In this document: one piece after another, positions 1-9,480 of the stretch
Numbering within the stretch: the stretch's first letter is position 1
Layout of the letters: every line of letters starts with the position of its first letter
Origin: Anthoceros angustus
Lineage: Eukaryota; Plantae; Anthocerotophyta
Assembly: GCA_010909165.1 (NCBI GenBank)
Contig: VJWM01000063.1
Span: 310,001-374,000, forward strand
Direction of reading: 5' to 3'
DNA length: 64,000 nt
Position numbers and translations under genes: made by a program
Notes under the pieces: model-generated
Seen by the model: the letters and a program-made list of their open reading frames with translations, nothing else
The model's database searches: none
What the model was told of the DNA's origin: nothing

Positions 1-930
1 GCCGCGCTGCAGCTAGGAGAAGAAGGAGACCCCCAGACTTAGTGCCTTGGCAGTTCTCTCAATCTCTCGCGCTTTGTCCCCTGGCTCTCTGGCGTTTGCT
101 CTCCCAGCGTCGAACGCTCCGACTTCGAGGGCTCGGGCCTTCTCAAACAAGGTCTCCTTAGGACTAGTGACACACTCCACTTCAAGAAGATGGGCAAAAA
201 TTGTCAGCAAAATTTACGGACGCGCGCGTCCACCCTTCCTCTCTTCGTTGAACCTCGCCTGGCTCCCCCGGCCTTTCTCTTCCTGCTTGTGGCAACCTCT
301 TTGCTCTTTTCGTCGCCACGGACTCCCAAGCTATCGGATCCTTCCTCTATCTCCTCCTTGGGCTCTTGACCTTCACTTCCTCCCTAAGCGGCTTCCACAT
401 GTGGAGAGGCCACAATTTCTACCTCATGCATACAGTTAGGTGTGCAGAACCACGAATGGCGAAATTAGAGAGGGACGAGAGGAAGAGGAGGTCGATTCAA
501 CCTCTCCTCACACTTGTCAAAAGAATCCGCCCCAATCAATTCTTGTGCCCTTGACAACTTCATGGAGAAAAAGCAAGAAATGGTCGGACAAATAATCTTG
601 CTTCCTTGTAAGCAAAGAAGCCATCCCGATCCCATCAGGTGTCAGGATACCAATTCTCACTCAATAACATTGGGTTCCCAATTCTGACTTGACCCGAAGC
701 CGTTGTTGTGCTCCTCTTCCGAGAGGGTTCAATCACCAATCCACCCGCTTCCTCCTCGCTGCACCCATACACTTTCCTGACCAATTCGATGTCCCAATCC
801 TGAGGCTTCGCTCTAATTCCTTCGCCCGATTGCTTGTCCTTCAGCTGGCGAGCACACTCCTACATCAGTCCCAGGCTCAGGATGGAAACGTTGATTTTGA
901 TGGTTTTTAGGAAACGGGTGCTGAAAATAC
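1..930 (-). pseudogene. Degenerate TE accessory-type ORF remnant, divergent from the downstream gag
   Basis: Manual minus-strand translation gives protein-like pieces broken by stops and frameshifts: ..KPQDWDIELVRKVYGCSEEE.., ..DYLSDHFLLFLHEVVKG..IDWA..EVESTSSSSRPSLISPFVVL.HL.., then charged low-complexity sequence. This resembles extra ORFs of plant LTR elements, but no family is firmly recognised. Confidence 0.3.
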
Positions 931-1761
931 CACGCAGAGCACACCCAAAATCATTCCCCTTCATCAAAACTTGAATTTTATTGGCAATATTTCCACACCT
1001 CAATGTATCATGGTTAAACAAAAGAGCCATTTGAGGAGAAAAAGTAGGGATCCTTATAAATTTGTGTCTTGCAAGCTAGTTTATTTATTTAGGCTTTATT
1101 TCAATCTGTGTCACTTTTTGGGAGACCTTACGACAAAAGCTACTTGTCTGAGAGGCCTATGAAAAGCGAGACCATCATGTAACCACATCGGAGAGAATGC
1201 ATCACTAGCAGGCTCACAGTTTCAGGCCCTTCCTCGTATCCATGTAAAAAACATGGAATAATATTATTCAAATATACCTCCCCAAGGTACATAGTACCAG
1301 GTGTTATATACATTTCTCACTAATAAATTATTGGAAAGCAGAATGGTGTAGTTCACATATAACCGCCTTCACCCATGCCATGTGACCTTGACCGTTGGTC
1401 ACAGCCACCGGCTATCTGGTGACGAAGAAAACATTCACGCATCAGGTGTTCCTCAAACTCAAACCCCCGTTTCCGCTACAGACTTCGCGATAGACCATGG
1501 CTTCCACACCGTCGGTTAAAAGTTGACATATCTACAAGCATTTGAATGCCGTCCCCCATTCGCTTAACTGTAGAGTTCTTATGTCATTGCTATCCAACTC
1601 ACCCTACTCCGGTTGTTAGACTATTAGTGGACTGAAGAGTATTTGTATGCAATTTAGACATGCATAGATACTTAGAGGTTTTAATAATCACGATCTAATC
1701 AAACGGGGTGCGTTAACCTTGATTAAGGGTTTTTGACCTAGCCACTAACCGCCTGTAGTGC

Positions 1762-2900
1762 ATGCCTGGACACACTCGATCCGGACGGAGCTACCAACCA
1801 GCAAGTCCATCGGAGCGAATTCAAAGTCCTGACCAAGAGAGAGAAGTACGAACACCTCGATTTCGGTACCAGCGAAGGACGCGGAGGAACCCAGCGACCC
1901 AATCAATAATCTTTGAAGGATCTGTGAGTGGCAACACACAAGACACGTTAGTGCCGGACAACTCAAGCGACGAGGAGGACTTGTCTCTTGGAGTCGCCAA
2001 GATGGGAGGAGACAAGGATCGAATGGAGTTGTTCACAGGACGAGCGGCACCTTGCCACCGGAGGACTTCATCGAGAAGTACGGTGTGCGGAGATGGAATT
2101 GAAGACCGGATACACGAAGCGATACGGCTTCATCCAAATGCCAAGTACTTGGGGATGAAGCATTGGCGTGCTATCGCGAGCACAAGGCGAGGTTGTTGAG
2201 CGCACATCCGAGGACCGAGTAGTCAAGCTGGGAACCAAGGCAGACGAAAGGTGCACCGAGTGGGCACGATCCCATCAAGAGATGTTTGACATCTTCCTAC
2301 CGGAGTTTCGCAAGCACGGATGAGAAGATCTCCGAGCCGACACACTTCAAGATGAAGTCAGACCGCCAAGATGGCTTATCAAGAATCGACCCTGGTACGT
2401 GACACCAAGATCATGAGTGACCGATCGTCGCAGAGAAGTACTTGCAGCATTGCCATATGCGCGCATGAAGGTGCAACAAGCGGTGCACAAGACGAAGGGC
2501 AACACTACACCCTCAAGGAAGTGTACGAGATGGTCGACAAGATAGGGCCCACGACACTTTCTCTCGTCTTTGTTGCAAGTGATTACTCCAAGACAAGTAG
2601 GAGTGGTGGACGACATGACCGACGCGGAGGTCGAGTGGAGGAGCTCGGCGAGACAAGCCAGCCCACAGCCCAAGTGACGAGCCTCGCGTGAGGTGCCGAG
2701 GACGGACCATTCCCTCATGAGTGCGAGCATGCATTCGGAGGAGTCAAGGGTGAGGAGCCATGCCCTAGTGTGGAGGTACGGCACAATGAAGCGGCATGTT
2801 GGGAGAAGCATCCGAATTGCGGCCTCACGGGTTATCGAAAGCAACCCCGCCAATGCATCTCGCCAACCTCATCCACAAAATCAAGAGCAAAGGCGCCGTG
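1762..2900 (+). pseudogene. gag remnant of the DNMT-carrying gypsy element
   Basis: M-x-x-x-TRSG start typical of gypsy Gag. Frameshifted core (..MELFTG..EDFIEKY..EAIRL..) followed by a degenerate CCHC knuckle, upstream of the protease. Confidence 0.55.
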
Positions 2901-3539
2901 GAGGAGGCAGAAGTCCCGTGGACAAAAGAAACGGAAGCATCAAAGAAGACGATGGATAGCTACGTGGCACGCCTTGCAAAGCCGGAGAAGTTGGTGTGGA
3001 AGGCGAAGATCAAGGAGAGCAGCAGTTCATCATTAGAGGACGAAGAAGATGAGCACAAGCTTGGATACATGGCGACTGTGACCAGATCCAAGGGCAAGGG
3101 GAAGAAACCTCTCGCAGCTACGAGAGAAGATAGCTCAGAGGAAGAAGAGGACGTCTTGACACCGGTCACGGAAGACACGGAAGGAAGCTTCGGGATCCTC
3201 TTCCCGAACCTATGCCAAGATGCCAAAGTCGTTTGAGCCATTGCCAACAGGAGCAACTGTGGGAGCAACATCAAAGTCAGTGGGCGATGTGGAGAAACCC
3301 ATGCATTGTCGACGAGACGATGGCACAAAAGCTTCTGGAGATGCCATGTTTGAGCCTACAAGACATGGGGTTGAGCGTGAAGGAAGTCAGGGGTTTGACT
3401 CGGCGGATGTTGACAACCCTTGAAGACGAAGCAAGTGTCCAAGATTTGCCACAGCAGGTAGCAATGATGTCATTGCTGACCTCCGAACCAAGCATCTCTG
3501 TGGAAAAGCGAAATGCTGTACGAGTGGGGGTGGCTTTGG

Positions 3540-3900
3540 TCAACAATCAGGAAAGGCATATTGAAATCAATGGATTCACACCAAGGAGGGTGTTGATTGA
3601 CACCGGAGCACAGCAGCGTTGGAAAAAGAGTGAAGGAAGCGTTGGGTCTCCATCAAGAAAGGTTGAAGGATACCAAGTGGAAGATCCGCATCACTGGGAC
3701 CACGAGCATGTGTTGGGGTGACAAGGTACAAGCTGAAGGTTTCATTCAAACCAAGAACAGACTTCACCTTTGTCGAGGTACACCGCTTGGTCACCGATGC
3801 ATACATTTGATGTCTTGCGAGCGGACGCTTTGTACAAACCTCGAGTCATGGTGGATTTGTGGACGGAGACAGCCTACTATCGACCAGCCGAGAAGCTGGA
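3540..3900 (+). pseudogene. Retropepsin-type aspartic protease remnant
   Basis: IEINGFTPRRVLIDTGAQ contains the catalytic D-T-G; it lies between gag and pol. Confidence 0.7.
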
Positions 3901-4297
3901 GCAAAACCGATGAACGGATTGCCCGCATCCCTCTGCAGCTGCATGGCAAGGATCATGAGAACCTCATTGCCAACAGCGTCTACCCAGTGTTTGGCGCCGT
4001 AGTGAAGGACACGCCATACGTGCTTGAACCTCTTGGCGTGTGTCTAACAACCGCAACTGACCTGATGGAGGATTTCGACGAGGAGGAGGAAGACAAGCTA
4101 GGGTTGCAACCACCCTCAGAGGAGGTTCTTCAAGTCAGCCGGACGGAGCTGGTGACTGCAGCAATGAGCCGTGCAAAAGCTGTGGAGGATGGTGCAAGAG
4201 GACCAGTGTCCTATGAGCCGGAGAACTGCTGTAAGTTCTTGCCTAGGGTTGAGCCTGTTTGTGACCTAAACACCCATCTCATGACACGGGCGGAGGA

Positions 4298-5115
4298 AAC
4301 GGCATCGTGCTAAGTGTGTGGCATCATACGTGCATTGTGACCCGGATCCAAAAGCAAGATTGTGCAGATGAGACTTAAGTACCCCTCAAGCCGGAAGGGT
4401 TACCGTATAGCCGATGGATGTTCGCATGATAGGGTTGTCCCATTTGAGTTGTCTTGGGCAACCGTGGACCTTGTCATCGCAGTTGGGAGTGTCAAGGACT
4501 ATCCTCTGTGCAAGGGTCAAGGTCTCAAGGATCCACGAACAGCATTGTTCTATGACCGATGAGGATCTTGCGCTTGATCCGTAAAGGGCAAGAAAGGCCT
4601 TGTGGATACATGTTGGAGAATGTGCCAAGATGCATGAGCGTGAAGAAGCAAGTTCGGAGGACTTTGCCACGATCCGAGGAGTGTTGGGTCGGGAGCTTCT
4701 ATTGGATGCACTCAATTTGGTTCGAGGGCTCATAGGTTGAGGTCCATGTGGACTAACCTTGCTCCCTTGGAACATTTGAAGTGTGCGAGGTCGCTCACCA
4801 AGCGACCTAATCATGTTGTCAAGGATGTGCTAGCATCGGGAAGGCATGCCCAACAAGTCATCAAGATCGGCTGCCGCACACTTCGTGAACACGCCTGACA
4901 CCCCATGGCGGCTTGGCCAACCTTTGTGTCCAAGTCCAAGTCTTACGCCTTGGGAACCATGGCCCGGCGTTGTGGTGGAGACATGGCGAGGCCTTGGGAG
5001 AGCCAACAAGAGAGGAGTTGGCCATGGATTTGCCGAGCCACGAAGACACCGGAGTGACCGAGAAGGAATGGTGTCGATTGCTTGGGCAAGCATTTGACAT
5101 GAACATGATGACTGG
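4298..5115 (+). pseudogene. C5-cytosine DNA methyltransferase domain embedded in gypsy pol (frameshifted, motif I deleted)
   Basis: Reading across indels: GIVL (4301; FxGxG motif I missing), VASYVHCDPDPKARL (motif II, 4318-4362) and PMDVRMI (III, 4411). Then VDLVIA[G]WECQGLSSV[G]KGQGLKDPRTALFYD (IV-V, 4464-4556; catalytic Cys codon TGT 4490-4492), GYMLENVP (VI, ~4604-4627) and LLDA.QFGSRAHRLRSMWTNL (VIII, ~4695-4760). Then WPTFVS (TRD), EPTREELAM (IX, ~4999-5025) and CRLLGQAFDMNMM (X, ~5072-5110). Confidence 0.88.
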
Positions 5116-5663
5116 TTGTTTTACCGGAGTCGCTACCAACTTCAAACCAAGAAGGCGGGGTTGAGCGGGTTCGGTGGGTGAAGGATTCCAGACTCGCATC
5201 TCAACAGGAGAAGGCGAGTTTGAGGGCAAGGAGAGTGAGCACGAGAAAGCGTGCAAGCCATCGAGCCACACCACATGAGTGGTTAACAGGCCGAGTTGAA
5301 GAGCAATCAACGCCGCCTAAAGGAGTTGTTGGAGGCATCGCGACATGTGTTTGCTTTCACGCTATGGAGATGGGGAAGTACACCAAAGGGAAGTTCCACA
5401 TAGAACTAATCAAGAATGAACCAAGTTCGCAGGAGGCACAGCTCGAAGGCAAGAAGAAAATGACGAGCAACCGGGGAGAGTAGTCCACATGCATGAGGAT
5501 GTCAAGACAACCCTCCACTTATGGACAAGGTTCATAACCGCTAGACGACATTCCCAAAGAAGATTGGTTTTGTGCACAATGCGCTAAGAAGAGGTGCGTA
5601 CGTGTGTAGCTAGTCCTACTAATGATAATGTTTTGACTTGGAGTCTCACATTATTAGGGGGGG

Positions 5664-5759
5664 ATTGGTTTGCACCTATATATCTGCGTATTAGATTTAG
5701 TTTGCTTGGTTGTTTGTCGAGGAAGTGCTTATATGAATTCAAGTGCTTACCTCGTGACA
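5664..5759 (+). repeat. 3' end fragment of the solo-LTR family (family A)
   Basis: Near-identical to 6189-6286 (attggtttgcacctatatatctgcg...gtgcttacctc..gaca) and directly abuts the full copy. Confidence 0.8.
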
Positions 5760-6286
5760 GCCATGCCGCGGTGATACTAATCTCTACACTTGGGTTTAGT
5801 GTTTGATTAGCATTAATTAATCTAATTACTTATCTTTAAGTAAGTAATTAGTGTTAATTAATCATTGATTAGTGTAAATTAAACATGGTTAGTAATAGCT
5901 AAGTAGATAAGCTCAAGTAATATGCTTTGGCATATTCCTTGCATATTATAGTGTATTCTTAGGATATTTCGACATGATGCCAATAGGATATCTTAGAATA
6001 TGCCAAGGCTAGTATATATAGACCCTTCCATTGAGGACAAGCTCAGATCATAGCTTGTCCTCTATATATGTAATGCAAGGGTGTTGGGAGGAGGCCAAAG
6101 CTATGAGTTCGAGAGCGATGTGTGAGGAATTTGCGTGTTGTTCCGTGGGAGAGTGTGTTTGTGCCACGACGAGGCTACTCACGTTATTATTGGTTTGCAC
6201 CTATATATCTGCGTATTAGATTTATTTTGCTTGGTTGTTTTTCGAGGAAGTGCTTATATGAATTCAAGTGCTTACCTCATGCGACA
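5760..6286 (+). mobile_element. Solo LTR, family A (TGTCATGCCG...GCGACA)
   Basis: About 530 bp, highly similar to 19142-19711 and to 62091-62742 (reverse). It ends in ...GCGACA and has an AT-rich U3 and a TATATATAG box. Confidence 0.8.
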
Positions 6287-7190
6287 CCTGAGAAATCTTA
6301 GCAGAGCAGGCTGAACGCCATCCTTGCGCTCGCAGCTCTGAGACATTCGTGGGCTCCTTCACTTGCTGGATAGCCTGAACCTTGGCTGAGGGTGGCATGA
6401 TGCCACTAGGCACTATCCGGTGCCCAAGATATGCCACTGTATCCATGCCAAATTCGCATTTAGCTGGATGGCAAGTGAGTTGGGCCTTTCTCATGATCAA
6501 ACGCTGAAATAGGTCCTCCAGGTGGGTCAGATGCGACTCAAAATCCAAGCTATGTACCAGGACATCATCTACATAGCATATCAAGTTGGCAGACCCTGAA
6601 AGCACCATGTCCATAACGCGCTGGAAGGTCACCGGCGCATTCTTGAAGCCGAAAGGCATCACCAGCCACTCCCACAGCTGCTTGGAGCCATGGAAGGCTG
6701 TCTTGCGGATGTCTTCCTCAGCCACCGGTACCTGGTTGAACCCCTGCTGGAGATCCAAGATGGAGAAAAAGGCAGACTTCCCGATGTTGTCGAATATCTC
6801 CTCGGGAGTTGGCATGGGGTAGCGGTCCTGACTGGTGACTGCGTTGATGGGACGGTAGTCCCCGCACATCCGCTTCTCAGTCCACATGCCATTGTTGTCC
6901 TTCTCTGGCGGCATGACGGTCGCATCTGCATAGTCGGAGCTGGAGGGCCAAATGAGGCCGGCTTCTAGGAGCTCCTGGCAGCGAGCGTCGACCATCTCCC
7001 ACTCAGCCTTGCTCAACCTATAGCGCCTCCTGTAGATAGGCTCCTTCGTAGTGAGGTTGATCTGAAAGGTGGTGACATTGCACCGCTTCAGTTCCTTCAT
7101 GAAGAAGGCAAAACAATCCTTGTACTGGAGCAGCAATTCCCGGATATTCGCCTGCTGTTCATCACTGAGTTTGGGACCCATGGTCCACAT
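6287..7190 (-). pseudogene. Ty3/gypsy reverse transcriptase fragment (truncated by solo LTR)
   Basis: ORF 6264-7316 contains WTEKRMCGDYRPIN, FSILDLQQGFNQV, KTAF, MPFGFKNAPVTFQR, YVDD, KCEF, YLGH and PTNVSELRA. Confidence 0.95.
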
Positions 7191-7448
7191 AAAATTCTTA
7201 GCGCAGAGCTTGGGCTTGGCTGCTAGCTTCGTGCCTGAAGTTGCAACGCCGGGACTGCCGTTGGGACTCCACTCCCCACCACGGCTTGAAGTAGAACTTG
7301 CATCTAGCTGTAGCAAACCTATAGTGAAAATACTAACAGTTTGTTTGAATATTTTGACTAGAAAGGCTAACTGCTAGTACTTAGATTACACCTTCTTAAT
7401 TGCCACTGAGAATGTTAGACGAGTGAAAAGAAACTCATCTCCACATAT

Positions 7449-7752
7449 GTGTGTAGTGGCACCTGCAGTGGAGCGTGGCGGGGCACTTATGGCGATAGCG
7501 ATGGATGGGCGGCGGAGGCACGGGCGTACGCTGTCGATTGCATCCTGCTCGCCCTTCCAAGAGGGGATGGGGTCCCGACGCATGTCGAGATCCTCGACTC
7601 AGAGGACCTCCTCTACTGGCATGCTTGCTGGTACACATGGGTCAATTGTACAACTCTGAGAAAGAGTCGGCCCACCACATGGTAGGACTGTATGCCATCA
7701 AGGATGAGCCAGGGAAGGAATATCTCATGGATTACGGGAATATTCTCAGGCC
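7449..7752 (+). pseudogene. SET-domain-like fragment in TE-derived DNA
   Basis: HMGQLYNS...VGLYAIKDEPGKEYLMDYG, followed in a shifted frame by EY. This matches the SET signature (R/Q)xxNHS...(F/Y)AxRDIxxGEELxxDYGxxY. Frameshifted. Confidence 0.45.
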
Positions 7753-7799
7753 CGCGCAAGAGGTCCAAGTTGAGGCTCAAGGGGGTTGACCACGGGGGC

Positions 7800-9480
7800 T
7801 ATGGAGGCCGCGGGAGATGGGGAGATCACGGGGTCTAAGCATGGGTGTCCGCAACCTCCGGGGCTACAAGGGGCGTGACCGGTGCAGCGAGTGTCATCAC
7901 CCCCTAGGGAGCGTCGTGCACAACCCAACAAGGGTCAGGACAGGGGATGACGTTAGCCGGCCCCTCCATGGGACAAGCATCGTGAGCGAGGCCTCGGGGC
8001 GGGATGCCACCTAGGCATCCTCAGGATGTCAGCGAGTTAGTTAGGGATCTGGAAGAGAGAGGGGCGCGAATACGGCCAAGCTGTATCCATGCCAAGTGTG
8101 TGGCCCGTCGCCTGAGCTAGGGCGGCGGGAGAAATGTCTAAGAGGCCGCCGCCGCCTCATTCTTGAATATACAGCTTTGGGTTTCCGGTGCCTTGGGAGT
8201 GGGGATTGTGTGTGTTGTGTCCTTGTATGTGCGCGCACATGTAGGGAGACGGGCCGGGGCACTCTCCTTTGTCACCAGGAGGGGTGGCGGGAACCTGGGT
8301 TGCCAAAAGCTTTGTGACGAGCTCCCCTTGTGCTGTGGTTTGCAAGCTTGGCTGAAGACGGGTTGGTGGAGTGGTCACGGAGGAGGACTCCCGGCGTGGA
8401 ACCAAGGCCAGGGACAACGGAGCGCAAACCGTGAGCAGCCGAGAGGCTAGCTATCCGGAGCGCGTCGGGACTTGGGCCGACAAAGGCCAGGCAGCCAAGG
8501 GTCATGAATTCCAAGGTGTGTTGTTGAGCGTGGACGTGTACGTGACATCGTGCGAGAACTAGACTGAGACTGAACTGAGGCTAACAAGTAGGAACGTGGA
8601 TGCTGGAGAGTTGCAAAGTACGTGTGCACTGCATGCCGAGGTGGGCCGCGGGGGTCGGAAGCATTGGAGTGCGACGGAGTAGAGTGAAGGCTGAGTTGAG
8701 ACTTGAACGTTGTGTCACTGGGCTGTGTGCTAGTTAGGTAATACGCCGAACCCACAACGCGGCGGGTGTCGATAAACCCGCCTGCGAAACCGCTGGGTGA
8801 GCTTCCGCTCATCGTGTAGAGTGCCGGAAATGAGGGTGGCGGCACCGCTGCCCGCCTCGAGGTTTAAGCGATTAGAAAGGGAGAATTAGCGAGAATAGAG
8901 TTACCCGAACACAAGCCGCTCTTTTGGGAACGAACCGAGCAATTACAACGACAACTGAACCCTTTTGTGTTGTTGCTGGTGCCTGTGTGCTAGGAGGATG
9001 CCACAAGACTCATGAGAATGAAAGACCTTCTCCTAACCGTTTCGGCTGGAACATGTTGTTTCTCTAGAAGAATTGCACTCTCGACGTGCATCTTTAAAGC
9101 TTTTCTTGACGCAGAGTTATGTAAACTTGACATTACATGCATACAACGTGAACAAGCTTATTCAACTATTGTTGGCAACCTTACAGCTGCTCAGCAAGCC
9201 ATGCTGTGGTACACACGGCTGGGACAATTGCTAACAAAACTAAGTAGTTTGGTTGATGCTTTCAAGCAGGCTTGTTATCATGAGCCCTTACCGCGCTGTT
9301 TTAATAAACTGACCATATGTGAAGTATGTGCACTTCCAAAGCAGCGGAAGACTCCATTTTCACAAGTCCCTGCCCAGAGATCATCATCAGTTCTTGATTT
9401 AGTGCATATTGACATATCAGGCAAACTTCAAGTATCTTCTCTTGGGAGTGCTGACTATTATTTCACATTGACAGATGACT
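7800..9480 (+). repeat. Segment duplicated (with heavy indel noise) at 11340-12760
   Basis: atggaggccg..ggagatggggagatcac..ctcatgagaatgaaagacc.. recurs in the same order at 11340-12760. In addition, 11124-11280 recurs exactly at 12763-12919. Confidence 0.85.

Larger units (their letters stand above)
1762..5480 (+). mobile_element. Decayed Ty3/gypsy LTR retrotransposon internal region, order gag - aspartic protease - C5 DNA methyltransferase - start of RT (3' truncated)
   Basis: Gag-like start MPGHTRSGRSY at 1762 and a degenerate Zn knuckle (PNCGLTGY..C, ~2812-2856). Protease VLIDTGAQ at 3590-3613 and DNMT motifs at 4298-5115. Pre-RT segment LKELLEASRHVFAF/EMGKYTKGKFHIELIKNEP at 5317-5423. 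All are co-oriented, with many 1-2 bp indels. Confidence 0.85.

Noticed and set aside
4298-5115. Host DNMT gene (MET1/CMT/DRM/DNMT3) or bacterial contaminant
   Set aside because: It is intronless with no BAH, chromo or UBA domains, has an unpermuted motif order, and is flanked on both sides by co-oriented gypsy PR and RT sequence.
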